Below are positions 36,554-46,920 of a stretch of 64,000 nucleotides of DNA, piece by piece; position 1 is the stretch's first letter; each line of letters opens with the position of its first letter. The stretch spans positions 64,001-128,000 of the IMG/VR virus record IMGVR_UViG_3300033463_000001, one strand, 5' to 3'. Both the position numbers and the translations under genes were made by a program. The notes under the pieces were generated by a model. That model was not told the origin of the DNA and did not search any database. It worked only from the letters and a program-made list of their open reading frames with translations. This DNA is from a virus (taxonomy: Duplodnaviria; Heunggongvirae; Uroviricota; Caudoviricetes).

Positions 36554-37189
36554 ATGACACAGAAATCATATGTAATCACAGCCGGTGAGATACGGGAACA
36601 AATGCAAGAAAGCCTAAATAGGATGATTGCAGAAAGAAATGTCATTAAAGTTCCTGGTGTTCAGCAACCTCCTGTGAATATACCACAAGAGCCAGCAGCT
36701 CCTGCTCCGGCCGAATCTTTACCGCAACCTGATGCTAATGCTGCAATAGACGATGCTGTGAATCAGCCTCAGTTTGATGCAGGTGTTGAGGCAGACCCGG
36801 ATACCGACCACAAAAAATATCTCCAACAGTTAACTGGTAAGCTTTCAACCGAGTTGCAAAAGTTTGTTAACGAAAATCCGAATGAAGCAAAGGAGATATG
36901 CAAATATATCCTTGGTATGATTGTCAAACAAGCAAGCAAGCCGCTCGATGACGCCGATAAGAAAGAAATTATTAAGAAAATCAACTCAGTAGAAGCAGGT
37001 GATGAGAGCGGCGAACAAGCTGAGCCTGGCGCACAGCAGCAGGAAATAAACCTCCCTCCTGTAGGTGAATCGGTTATTAAAGAGACTTTGCTTGATACGA
37101 ATCAACCGGAGCCCAAATCTGAAAGGCAAGACCAAAAGCAGAGAACAGCACCAACTGCTAAGAATAGACCATACAAACCAAAATTTTAA
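36554..37189 (+). CDS. putative head-associated protein
   Basis: YVITAGEIREQMQESLNRMIAE tag; FDAGVEAD...LQQLTGKLS domain. Confidence 0.7.
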   Translation: MTQKSYVITAGEIREQMQESLNRMIAERNVIKVPGVQQPPVNIPQEPAAPAPAESLPQPDANAAIDDAVNQPQFDAGVEADPDTDHKKYLQQLTGKLSTELQKFVNENPNEAKEICKYILGMIVKQASKPLDDADKKEIIKKINSVEAGDESGEQAEPGAQQQEINLPPVGESVIKETLLDTNQPEPKSERQDQKQRTAPTAKNRPYKPKF

Positions 37190-37190
37190 C

Positions 37191-37595
37191 ATGGCACAGA
37201 TAATCTTTATAAACGAAGACGATAGTACAAAAGTATCAGGCAATGTTACCTCAAATAATGGTAACCAAGCGTCTTTATGGAGTAATCTCAAAAAGACTAT
37301 GCAAAACCCGGCCGTTGATAGTGTAAAGGTAGATGGTGATTCTTTGGTGAAGCCGGCCGAAGCGCAAAAAGACGGAGCAGTACACATTCAAGCATCAAAT
37401 GGTGCTGATGCAGAACAAGCTATTCGGAAAAACGTACTCGGTAATCCGGATATCAAACGTGCCGTTGAAAACGGTACTGATGTTATCGTTGATAAAACAA
37501 ACGAGTCGAAAGATACGAAGAAACGTGTGGTTAATGAAAACAACTCATTTACCATTTCTAAAGACTTATTTACAAGGTACACATTGTGGAAATAA
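37191..37595 (+). CDS. hypothetical protein (start revised to MAQIIFINE)
   Basis: ATG immediately after the upstream stop. Confidence 0.65.
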   Translation: MAQIIFINEDDSTKVSGNVTSNNGNQASLWSNLKKTMQNPAVDSVKVDGDSLVKPAEAQKDGAVHIQASNGADAEQAIRKNVLGNPDIKRAVENGTDVIVDKTNESKDTKKRVVNENNSFTISKDLFTRYTLWK

Positions 37596-38752
37596 TCATA
37601 ACTGAAGAACAAGCAAAAAGACTTGCCGGGCAATTAATTGGCAAGTGTGATGTGTTAGACAAAGTGAACGACAACGTTTTGTCTAATAGCCCATTTTTGC
37701 CAAGTGATTCAATTATTGACTTCAAGAAGAACGTCATCCGCAATCGGTACTATCAGATTTTGTCTGCTTTGTCGAAATACGAAGACTTACAAAGTATTAA
37801 GTCACTAGACACAGCAAAGACTGCACTTTCGCAACTGACAAACAATGCGAAGAAAATCGAAGAGCCTTTACAAGAGCAACTCGAAACTGTGTGCAAAACA
37901 GTAATGTCCGAAATTTTCAATCAAGGTGAAGAAAATGTAAACTTTACACCAACGCTCGTCGGAAAAGTTCAACCGGCTAATGGTTTTAGGGTTGAACCAC
38001 AAGACGGAGAGGAAATTGAATATCAAGACATGAGCGAGGTTGGTGAAATCGGCCGTGAGATTGAAAAGCGTCGTATCATCAATGCAATCATCGAAGGCGG
38101 TGCGCATGAGATATTTGCAAATTGCGACTCGTGGATTAGTATGGTACATCGCCTCAACAACGAACTCCCAATCCTTTATACGAAAATACTATTACTGAGA
38201 GACCTTGTTCTATTCTTGGACGATTCAAAAATAGATTCTAAGAACGTAGAATCGACTGGCATTGCTGAAGTTATTTTTAACGGCGAAGGAAACAAGCCTG
38301 ATATCGACGTACAGGCAATACTATTTCCATATTTACTTGAACAGTCTATCAAAGGTTTCTTGGAATTATTTGCAAGCAACGGACTGCCTGATGATAAGAA
38401 CCAGGCAATGTACGTGCTTGCACAAACTGAATGTCTCAACAGCGAACGTTGGTATCAGCGATTCGGTGTTCCTATGTGGCAACTGTTATTTGACGGTTTG
38501 ACGCTTGATACTAATAACGTGCCGCATTATATAATGAACTTGTCTATGCAACCATCTAGTGAATTAGAAGGAACGCTTCAAGAAATATTCGCTCACACAA
38601 AGGCCGGTAGGGTGGCTGCGAAAGAATTATTCGATAAAGCCGTGCATGATTCTGATTATAGTGCATTCGAGGATTCTATCATCAAACGGAATCACGATTA
38701 CGAATGTGCTGAGGAATTAAGCATCGAGGATATAGACAGGTTGTCTATTTAA
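37586..38752 (+). CDS. conserved jumbo-phage protein upstream of the terminase
   Basis: KRRIINAIIEGG motif; IIITEEQAKRL N-terminus. Confidence 0.75.
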   Translation: MEIIITEEQAKRLAGQLIGKCDVLDKVNDNVLSNSPFLPSDSIIDFKKNVIRNRYYQILSALSKYEDLQSIKSLDTAKTALSQLTNNAKKIEEPLQEQLETVCKTVMSEIFNQGEENVNFTPTLVGKVQPANGFRVEPQDGEEIEYQDMSEVGEIGREIEKRRIINAIIEGGAHEIFANCDSWISMVHRLNNELPILYTKILLLRDLVLFLDDSKIDSKNVESTGIAEVIFNGEGNKPDIDVQAILFPYLLEQSIKGFLELFASNGLPDDKNQAMYVLAQTECLNSERWYQRFGVPMWQLLFDGLTLDTNNVPHYIMNLSMQPSSELEGTLQEIFAHTKAGRVAAKELFDKAVHDSDYSAFEDSIIKRNHDYECAEELSIEDIDRLSI

Positions 38753-38761
38753 TCAACCAAT

Positions 38762-40633
38762 ATGATTGAAGATTTAAAACAAATAGGATTTGAATACGCT
38801 AAGTGCTATAACGACAAAAGCAGGATTTACCTTATCGAGCATTACTTCACAACGAACAATGCCGGTGTGGTAACTCCTTTCTTGTTATTCCCAAGGCAGA
38901 AAGCATTCCTACATAGCCTAGCAGAATATAACAAAACAATAGCAATCAAGCCTCGTCAGGCCGGTATTACAACTACTACTGCAGCATGGACGGCAAGTCA
39001 GATTATCATGGCAGGAATGAACGCCCCGGAGACAGTATTGTGTATTGCAAACAAGCTTGAGATGGCGCAAGATATGCTCAAGAAAATAGAAGCATTCCTA
39101 GAACAGGCTCCAAGGTGGTTGTGGGGAAATAATGAATACTACTCCACAGACCCAACTTCAGAAAAAAACAAGCAGCCAATCTTTATTCGTCAAAACAGCA
39201 AAGAGTTGCTTTTGTTTAATGGATGTCGTGTCGTTGCAAAATCTTCAAAAGAAAATGCTGCGCGTGGTGTGTCTGCAGTATCTATCCTAATTCTGGATGA
39301 GGCAGCATTTATTGAAAACGGTAAAGATGTTTATGCTTCTGCAGTTGCTGCTACGGCATCTGTGAAAAACGCACGTATCGTCATGGTGTCAACTCCAAAC
39401 GGTAAAGACGCTTTGTACTATGACACATATGAGAAAGGTCTCGATAAAGTTAACGGTTATAATGTTGTTGAATTCCGGTGGTACCAAGACCCACGTTTCA
39501 ACAAATACCTTACATGGCATAAAACCAACGAGGAGACTGGCGAAGTTGAAGTTATTGCAGAGCCTACAATCGGCAACGATGGTACAATACCATATGATGA
39601 AGAGAAGTGGCACGACCTCGTACAGGATGGTTGGAAGCCAAGTTCTCCGTGGTACGTTTCTATGTGCGAATCGTTCAATAACAACTCGATTAAAATTGCA
39701 CAAGAGCTTGATGTATCATTCCTTGGTTCTAGCGCAACAGTATTGCCGTCTGACACAATAGAGATGCAACGCAACACAAACATGCGTGACCCGATTACTG
39801 AGATGTCCGACCCGCTCGTTCCTGAGATGTGGTTCTGGAAGCCTCCAATAGAAGGTCATAAATACATTGTATGCTGCGACCCGTCTCGTGGCGACTCATC
39901 AAGCGCCGATAACACAGCAATCGAAATTATCGACATGAATGGTGTCGATGAAAACGGTATGCCGATTATCGAGCAGGTGGCCGAATACGTAGGTAAGCGT
40001 CCTGGTGATGAAATAGGTGAGATGCTGTATACATATGGCAAACTCTACAACGATGCGTTGATAATTGTCGAGGCAATCGGTGGTGTTGGAGACCCGGCGC
40101 TTATTATGCTTCAACGTATGGGATACACCAACCTGTATTTCGACGATGAGAACCTTAAAACATATGTTTCTCAGACTGACACGTATAGGTACAAAGCTGT
40201 TGGTGGCGACCCGAATAAAGTTCCTGGTTGGCGCTCAAACTCGTATCGTATGCAGATGCTTACGAATTTTGCTACAATGGTTAAAACAAACCAGTACAAG
40301 ATACGTTCTATCCGCACGATACACGAATTAGAGACGTGGGTATTTAAGAATGGGCGCCCAGACCATATGAACGGCCAACACGACGATACAATTACAAGTA
40401 CAGCAATGGGTTTATTCGTGTTGATATACTCAATCAACAAGTCTAACTCGTCAATCGAAAAGGATAAGGCCATATTGAGCGCCTATGTAACAACTAGTCA
40501 TGCTACAAGCACGCAAGCGAACTACAGGACATATGTATCGAGCATAAGTGCTCGCCCGAATAATACCATCTACACGACAACATCCAGTAAGAAAAACGGT
40601 GGAAATGTGTACGCTTGGTTATTTGCTAGGTAG
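38762..40633 (+). CDS. terL: terminase large subunit (T4 gp17-like)
   Basis: LFPRQ, KPRQAGITT, ILDEAAFIE, VSTPNG, nuclease DPSRGD...HDD. Confidence 0.95.
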   Translation: MIEDLKQIGFEYAKCYNDKSRIYLIEHYFTTNNAGVVTPFLLFPRQKAFLHSLAEYNKTIAIKPRQAGITTTTAAWTASQIIMAGMNAPETVLCIANKLEMAQDMLKKIEAFLEQAPRWLWGNNEYYSTDPTSEKNKQPIFIRQNSKELLLFNGCRVVAKSSKENAARGVSAVSILILDEAAFIENGKDVYASAVAATASVKNARIVMVSTPNGKDALYYDTYEKGLDKVNGYNVVEFRWYQDPRFNKYLTWHKTNEETGEVEVIAEPTIGNDGTIPYDEEKWHDLVQDGWKPSSPWYVSMCESFNNNSIKIAQELDVSFLGSSATVLPSDTIEMQRNTNMRDPITEMSDPLVPEMWFWKPPIEGHKYIVCCDPSRGDSSSADNTAIEIIDMNGVDENGMPIIEQVAEYVGKRPGDEIGEMLYTYGKLYNDALIIVEAIGGVGDPALIMLQRMGYTNLYFDDENLKTYVSQTDTYRYKAVGGDPNKVPGWRSNSYRMQMLTNFATMVKTNQYKIRSIRTIHELETWVFKNGRPDHMNGQHDDTITSTAMGLFVLIYSINKSNSSIEKDKAILSAYVTTSHATSTQANYRTYVSSISARPNNTIYTTTSSKKNGGNVYAWLFAR

Positions 40634-40690
40634 TTTTTGTTGTTTCTAAAAATGAAACTGCTATATTAACAATTAGATAATTTTATCATT

Positions 40691-42691
40691 GTGGCAAATA
40701 AGACTTTGACAATATATCAACGGATGGACAGAGTCCTTAACGCTGATTCTCCCGCAGACAGAAGTGAACCACGTCGCGTCAACACGTACAACATTACACC
40801 GAGTGTGTCAGACGATATCCTTTATCGCACAGACAACAAAGAAGAGTACGACCTTAAAAAGTTGACGATGCAGCAGGATGCATTCCTTGCTCGCCAGTGG
40901 AAAACTTCAAGTCACAACATCTCTGCTAAGCAACAGCTTAACGGACTTACGTTGCTGAACCTGATGTATCGCGACGCTGACCTCATGGATACATTCCCTG
41001 AGATTGGTGCTGCATTGACGTTATATTCAGACGAAGCAACCACACTCGACCAGCAAGGTAAGATGTTTAATATCACATCTTCTTCGCCACGAGTTAAAGC
41101 AATCCTTGAGGACTTGTTTGTTAAACGGCTCAACTTGAACGTATGGGCGCCGCGTATTATCCGTAACATGTGTAAATACGGTAACACGTATATGCTCATG
41201 AAGATGCAAAGTAATCGAGGCGTTGAAGCATGGCGTGAGATGCCGGTATATGAGATGCAACGTAATGAAGATGGCGTATCTCCGTACTGGTACAGCAACG
41301 ATAATGCCAAGAATGATAAAAGTACTAAGGTTCCGTCGACGACATTCGTTTGGATGGGTAACACGGACGGCCAAACTCCGGCTAGTGAGTTTAAGGATTG
41401 GCAAATAGCGCACTTCCGTATTCTCACAGATTCTGTTTTCTTACCGTACGGGCAATCCATATTAAACTGCGCGCGTAGGCATTTTAGGATGCTCTACATG
41501 ATGGAGGACTCCATGCTCATCTACCGCCTCGACCGGTCTATTGAGCGCCGAGTATTCAAAGTATATGTTGGTGGCATCGATGATAAAGACGTTCCGGCTT
41601 ACGTTGACCAAGTTATTAACCAAACAAAGCGTGGTTCTATTATTGACCCACAGACCGGACAAATCGACATTCGCAAAAACTGGGCTTCTGTTGTAGATGA
41701 TTACTACATCCCGGTTCGCGACATGAACGCACCTAACCCGATTGAGACATTGCAAGGAGCACAGAACCTTACTGCCATAGACGACATAAAGTTCATGCAA
41801 AACAAAGTGTTCACGGCACTGCGTGTACCGAGGGCATTCTTGAGCTTTGACGAGTCTACCGGAGAAGGTAAAAACCTTGCTATGATGGACGTTCGCTTCG
41901 CGCGTGCTGTCAATAGGATTCAGTTGGCATTCATCGAGGAGTTGACACGTGTTGCAATTATCCACCTCATACTTCTTGGTCTCAAGGATGAGCTCACCAA
42001 TTTCTCTATATCAATGAACAACCCGTCATCTCAGGCTGACACTCTTGCATGCGAATTGATGCAAAAGAAACTCAGCTTGGTAAGGGATGCGGTTCAAGAT
42101 AACGGAAACGGCATACAAACGCTGTCACTGCAACGCGCGTTGAAGATGTTCCTTAACTTCTCCGAGGAAGATATTAAAGAAAACTTTAATGAGATACGTC
42201 TTGAGAAAGCACTTGCCGAGGAATTGAATAAGACGCCTGAGATTATTAAACGCACACATATCTTCGACCCGGTTGATAGGCTGTATGGCGAACCAGGTGC
42301 TGAATATTCAAGCGCTGGTGGTGAAGATGGAGATGGCGGTCCTGGTGGAGCACCTGGCGGAGGAGGCGGTGGCTTCGGAGGCGGAGGTGACTTCGGTGGC
42401 GGGCTAGACGCAATCTCTGGTGATGAAGGTGCCGGTGAAGTAACAGGCGAAGAGGGCGAAGCACCAATGGGTGAAGTAACTCCTGCCGGAATGGCTCCTG
42501 AAGCACCAGCACCTGGAAATCCAGGAGAGACTACAGCTCCTGAACCTCCGGTAAATCCGAATGAGGGTAAAAAACCAAAGGGAAATGGTAAACTACTCAC
42601 AGAGGATAAAGTTCTCTTAGATACCAAGAATCTCATGCAGAACGCTTTTACCGAAATGATTAGTGAAATCGACAAACAAATAGAAAGCTAA
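40691..42691 (+). CDS. portal protein (T4 gp20-like)
   Basis: PYGQSIL, MEDSMLIYRL.R..ERRVF..VG, DYYIP.R, IETL.GAQNL, ALRVP; Gly/Pro acidic tail. Confidence 0.93.
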   Translation: MANKTLTIYQRMDRVLNADSPADRSEPRRVNTYNITPSVSDDILYRTDNKEEYDLKKLTMQQDAFLARQWKTSSHNISAKQQLNGLTLLNLMYRDADLMDTFPEIGAALTLYSDEATTLDQQGKMFNITSSSPRVKAILEDLFVKRLNLNVWAPRIIRNMCKYGNTYMLMKMQSNRGVEAWREMPVYEMQRNEDGVSPYWYSNDNAKNDKSTKVPSTTFVWMGNTDGQTPASEFKDWQIAHFRILTDSVFLPYGQSILNCARRHFRMLYMMEDSMLIYRLDRSIERRVFKVYVGGIDDKDVPAYVDQVINQTKRGSIIDPQTGQIDIRKNWASVVDDYYIPVRDMNAPNPIETLQGAQNLTAIDDIKFMQNKVFTALRVPRAFLSFDESTGEGKNLAMMDVRFARAVNRIQLAFIEELTRVAIIHLILLGLKDELTNFSISMNNPSSQADTLACELMQKKLSLVRDAVQDNGNGIQTLSLQRALKMFLNFSEEDIKENFNEIRLEKALAEELNKTPEIIKRTHIFDPVDRLYGEPGAEYSSAGGEDGDGGPGGAPGGGGGGFGGGGDFGGGLDAISGDEGAGEVTGEEGEAPMGEVTPAGMAPEAPAPGNPGETTAPEPPVNPNEGKKPKGNGKLLTEDKVLLDTKNLMQNAFTEMISEIDKQIES

Positions 42692-42720
42692 TACGTATTT
42701 ATTGGTATATAACGAATGCG

Positions 42721-43605
42721 ATGAAGAAGAAACAATTACAAGAGATGTGGTCTGCTAGCCTATTGAATAGCGCTAGCTGCATCACGATAGACGATTATGC
42801 CAACGCTGAGAAATTCATGGCCGAGGCGATTAACCATCTGAATAGCATGCGTACCGAATACGAGTACTATTCACACCCGATTACAAACTTCGGAGTCCTC
42901 AATCGTCTCGTATCCGAGAATCTTGATGAACTGCAGAATAACTTCCCTGAGTTTATTAACGAGTGGACTGCGACGATTAAATCAGATAAAAACCTGCGCG
43001 CGCAATACTTGATGTACGAGGGGTTGAATGATTTCGACAAATCTTTCGATGCGCCTAAATACATCACGGAGTCTGTTCGCATTGCTTCTGAGGATATCGA
43101 CGCGGCAACGTTACTTGAAAGTAATATGAAAGCTTTTGAGCTTCTAAAAAAACACGAGCTTATCATTCCGGACACTCTCACCGAAGCTGACGAGAAATAC
43201 TATGGCGCTTGCCAATACATGCTCGAACACAAGAAAGATAATCTCACACTGTCAGAGCACTCCAAAGCGACACAAATCGCTTCTGAGTATATCAAGGAGG
43301 CAAGTGAGCACAAAGCACAAAGCGCGCTTTCGTCTCTAGCTGAAAACGTAAACCAGTTAACGAAAGATGAATATGCCATTGTTGAGGCCGCCATGGGTGA
43401 TGAGGAGAAACAACAGGAAGTTTTCAACAATCTCAAGGACGAATGCTTAAAGAAGGTAAACGGCGAGATTGAGAAAGCACAAGACGATGACGAAGATGGT
43501 AAAGCGCGTTTAGCAAACATCAAAGAGGCTTTGAGTAAAAAGCAATTTAACGCTAAAACTTTCAAAGAGGACATCGTCAAGCTGGTATCATTCGCAGAAA
43601 TTTAA
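42721..43605 (+). CDS. conserved head-module protein
   Basis: Helical, follows the portal, TATTTAT upstream. Confidence 0.7.
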   Translation: MKKKQLQEMWSASLLNSASCITIDDYANAEKFMAEAINHLNSMRTEYEYYSHPITNFGVLNRLVSENLDELQNNFPEFINEWTATIKSDKNLRAQYLMYEGLNDFDKSFDAPKYITESVRIASEDIDAATLLESNMKAFELLKKHELIIPDTLTEADEKYYGACQYMLEHKKDNLTLSEHSKATQIASEYIKEASEHKAQSALSSLAENVNQLTKDEYAIVEAAMGDEEKQQEVFNNLKDECLKKVNGEIEKAQDDDEDGKARLANIKEALSKKQFNAKTFKEDIVKLVSFAEI

Positions 43606-43667
43606 TATTTTAGCGACCGTTTTTAACAAGAATGCACTATATTAATAGTGCATTTATTTTTTTATAC

Positions 43668-44105
43668 ATGGCAACAAAAGGAGAAATTCACTACAACCAA
43701 GAGTTTAAGGCATATACAACTCATGGACATAAATATGCCTACGGAACAACAGACAGGTATGCTGGCGATAGCGTTTACATCTATTACAAGCCGGCCATGC
43801 AAATCTCACAGAAAATCAACGTGACGGATGTAGAGAGGAAAATCACATCAAAACTTCGTGCACTAATGAATAAGGCGGTGTTGGAGTATCCGGAGTTTAA
43901 CAAGTCTTATATCTTAGACTTCCAATTCTCTAATAAAGTTTTCACACCTGGTATTAAAAGTAAACTTTCTTTAGAGGTGTTTCTATCTACAGTAAACAAA
44001 TTCAAAAGCCCAGACGTGCATAAAAATGCACTATCTGCCATTTCAAACCTACTAATTGGCCACATAGACGAGGAAATTAAGGACTTTGCAGCTATTTATG
44101 GATAG
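43668..44105 (+). CDS. hypothetical protein (start revised to MATKGE)
   Basis: YGTTD...SVYI motif; ACTATATTA upstream. Confidence 0.65.
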   Translation: MATKGEIHYNQEFKAYTTHGHKYAYGTTDRYAGDSVYIYYKPAMQISQKINVTDVERKITSKLRALMNKAVLEYPEFNKSYILDFQFSNKVFTPGIKSKLSLEVFLSTVNKFKSPDVHKNALSAISNLLIGHIDEEIKDFAAIYG

Positions 44106-44126
44106 TAAATATTTGCGCAAGAAACT

Positions 44127-45800
44127 ATGAATTTACAACAACGTCGCGTCTTAACAAAAAATGCGATTGAGAATAAAATCACCCACGGTAAAAAACTACA
44201 ACTTGCCAAGGCAAAATTGTCAGCACCAAAAGTACATGTGCTATCTCTAAAAGCAGCACATGATGTTGCTATTGCACCTGAATTCGTAAACCCGATTCTT
44301 ACGACGCCAGAAGCAGTTGCAAATCAACCAGCTAATATACTAGAAACCATGGAACATCAAGTTATCACTTTTGATAGAACGAACAATAAGCGTGTTTTGT
44401 GTTGTATTGTATGCCACAATGAAAACGCAAACTGCGAATACCTACTTGATTCGCTAGAGGGTGCAATGGATACTAAGGTAATAGACTGTGCAAGTGCAGT
44501 TAAAAATAACCGTTTCATCCTATGCGACAATCTGATGTTTGGAGGTGCGTACAACAAGGCTATAGAACTAATGATTGAAGGTGGATACGACTGGTTGTTA
44601 TTCTTTGCCGGTGACGTCCAGATTGATAAACGTAATATGTCTGCGCTTATCAATGAGGTTAATATGGTGAAACAGTCTACAAACATCGGCGTATGGGTAC
44701 CATGTACGACACAAGATAGTCATGATTGTGGTGAAAACCGATATACAGGTAGCAACATGATGTATGTAACCAAACATATCGATGGTTATGCAACGCTTGT
44801 TCGTGCTGACGTTGTTAAAAATTCACAGCCGGCAATTAAAGAGATTGTTCTTGGTTGGGGTATTGATTGGTACGAACGGTATGAAGCCCAAAAACTCGGT
44901 CTGATGACTGTTGCTGATGATAGTGTATGTGTTAAACATCCCTGGGGAACAAGCTACAACGCATCTGCTGCAGACTTGGAAGCTATTGCGGTAAAGCGCA
45001 AATATTATCCTACATTTGAGCGGGCGTCAAAAACTGGATGGACACACGTGTGTGTATATGATGGTATCACTACGAATATCTACATCTGTACACACAAAGA
45101 TTTTGTACCGTCGGTTTCTAACCCTGCATATCACGTTATTAAACGCTCTGATGTCACTATAACAGACTCACATGGACTATCAGTAGTTCAGACAAACGAA
45201 GATAATTCTGATTTCTCATTCCAGCGTTCGTATGGTGAAACATACTTCTTACTACATAATGATGTACCAAAATGCGATAACGTAGGATACTGCCATTATC
45301 GGCGATACTTTACAGAAATGGATGATATCTATAAAATAAACGCCGAATTGATATCGCACAAAGCTATTGTATTCAACCACGCTGTCTTGTCGCCGAATAT
45401 TGCAAGGCACTACGCAATGTGCCATAACGGCAATGATATCATTGAGGTGTTCAACTATGCGAAAGAGTATTATCCAGACCGCGTTAATGAAATAGACGAT
45501 TTCTTGGTACACAACCAGGTATTCTATCCCTGCAATTCATTTATTACGAAATACGACATTTACATGGAATTAAAGAAATTCTTGCTTTACGTATTCGGCC
45601 GCTATAACGCGGTTCATAAAATACGTACACAAGATGACGTCGTGAATTATGTGCAAAACAACCTTGATAAATTCCACAATAGGGATGTACAATATCAAGC
45701 ACGTCTCCATGGATTCCTAGGCGAACGACTTACCTCATTCTTCTTCAAACATGTCGTTGGGGATGTTATTGAATCAAATATGGTTTTAACAAATTCGTAA
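44127..45800 (+). CDS. two-domain glycosyltransferase (GT2-like plus DUF4422-like)
   Basis: FGGAYN, GWGID in the N part; YICTHK, VGYCHYRRYF, RLHGFLGERL in the C part. Confidence 0.75.
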   Translation: MNLQQRRVLTKNAIENKITHGKKLQLAKAKLSAPKVHVLSLKAAHDVAIAPEFVNPILTTPEAVANQPANILETMEHQVITFDRTNNKRVLCCIVCHNENANCEYLLDSLEGAMDTKVIDCASAVKNNRFILCDNLMFGGAYNKAIELMIEGGYDWLLFFAGDVQIDKRNMSALINEVNMVKQSTNIGVWVPCTTQDSHDCGENRYTGSNMMYVTKHIDGYATLVRADVVKNSQPAIKEIVLGWGIDWYERYEAQKLGLMTVADDSVCVKHPWGTSYNASAADLEAIAVKRKYYPTFERASKTGWTHVCVYDGITTNIYICTHKDFVPSVSNPAYHVIKRSDVTITDSHGLSVVQTNEDNSDFSFQRSYGETYFLLHNDVPKCDNVGYCHYRRYFTEMDDIYKINAELISHKAIVFNHAVLSPNIARHYAMCHNGNDIIEVFNYAKEYYPDRVNEIDDFLVHNQVFYPCNSFITKYDIYMELKKFLLYVFGRYNAVHKIRTQDDVVNYVQNNLDKFHNRDVQYQARLHGFLGERLTSFFFKHVVGDVIESNMVLTNS

Positions 45801-45801
45801 T

Positions 45802-46920
45802 ATGAAACAATACGACTATGTAATAGTTGGAGCCGGAATCTACGGCTCCACATTTGCTCACTTTGCAACAAAGGCTGGTAAAAAATGCCTTGTGATAGAC
45901 AAACGTCATCACGTTGGAGGTAATATATACTGTGAAAACATTGAGGGTATTAACGTGCACAAGTATGGCGCGCACATATTCCATACTAATAATAAAGAAG
46001 TGTGGGATTTTGTCAACTCGCTTGTTCCGTTCAATCGATATACGAATAGTCCAGTCGCAAATTACCATGGCGAATTGTATAATTTACCATTCAACATGAA
46101 CACATTCACAAAAATGTGGCCTGATGTTCATACGCCGGCAGAAGCTATTGCTCGCATTGAAGAACAAAAACAGGATGCAGTTAAAGCTCTTAACGGTCGG
46201 GAGCCTGGTAATCTAGAAGAACAAGCTCTTTGTCTTGTTGGAAAAGACATTTTCAAAAAACTCATCAAGGAATACACTGAAAAACAGTGGGGGCGTGATT
46301 GCAAAGACCTACCGGCTTTCATTATTAAGCGTGTTCCAATTCGAATGACATTTGATAACAATTACTTCAACGATGCATATCAAGGAATTCCTATTGGAGG
46401 ATTTAATGTTCTTATCGACAAACTCCTTGAAGGTTCAGATGTGCGTCTCGGTTATGATTTCTTCGAGCATAAAGATGAATTAAAAGAACTTGCGGAAACA
46501 ATTGTATACACCGGTCAGCTTGATGAGTATTTCGATTTCAAACTAGGTCACCTAGATTGGAGGGCGGTCTCATTCAAAACACGTGTAGAGGATACACCGA
46601 ACTATCAGGGTGTTGCTGTAATGAATTTCACATCTCACGAGCAACCGTACACGCGCGTCATCGAGCATAAGCACTTTGAAAGTTTCGGAAAAGACGTATA
46701 CGACAATCCAAAGACAGTTGTCAGCGAGGAATATAGTACAGAGTTCCATATTGGCATGGAACCGTATTACCCCGTAAATGACGATAGGAATAACGCGCTT
46801 GCTGAACAGTACAGAGAGTTAGCATCGAAAGAGAAAAACGTGATATTTGGTGGCCGGCTGGCTGAGTATAAGTATTACGACATGAATGTCATCATAGAAA
46901 ACATAATGAAACAACAATGA
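45802..46920 (+). CDS. glf: UDP-galactopyranose mutase
   Basis: IVGAGIYG, HKYGAHIFH, YTEKQWG, PYTRVIEHKHF, EPYYP, GRLAEYKYYDM. Confidence 0.96.
   Translation: MKQYDYVIVGAGIYGSTFAHFATKAGKKCLVIDKRHHVGGNIYCENIEGINVHKYGAHIFHTNNKEVWDFVNSLVPFNRYTNSPVANYHGELYNLPFNMNTFTKMWPDVHTPAEAIARIEEQKQDAVKALNGREPGNLEEQALCLVGKDIFKKLIKEYTEKQWGRDCKDLPAFIIKRVPIRMTFDNNYFNDAYQGIPIGGFNVLIDKLLEGSDVRLGYDFFEHKDELKELAETIVYTGQLDEYFDFKLGHLDWRAVSFKTRVEDTPNYQGVAVMNFTSHEQPYTRVIEHKHFESFGKDVYDNPKTVVSEEYSTEFHIGMEPYYPVNDDRNNALAEQYRELASKEKNVIFGGRLAEYKYYDMNVIIENIMKQQ

Noticed and set aside
42310-42580. GGN-rich low-complexity stretch as a tandem repeat or insertion
   Set aside because: It is the in-frame Gly/Pro/acidic tail of the portal protein
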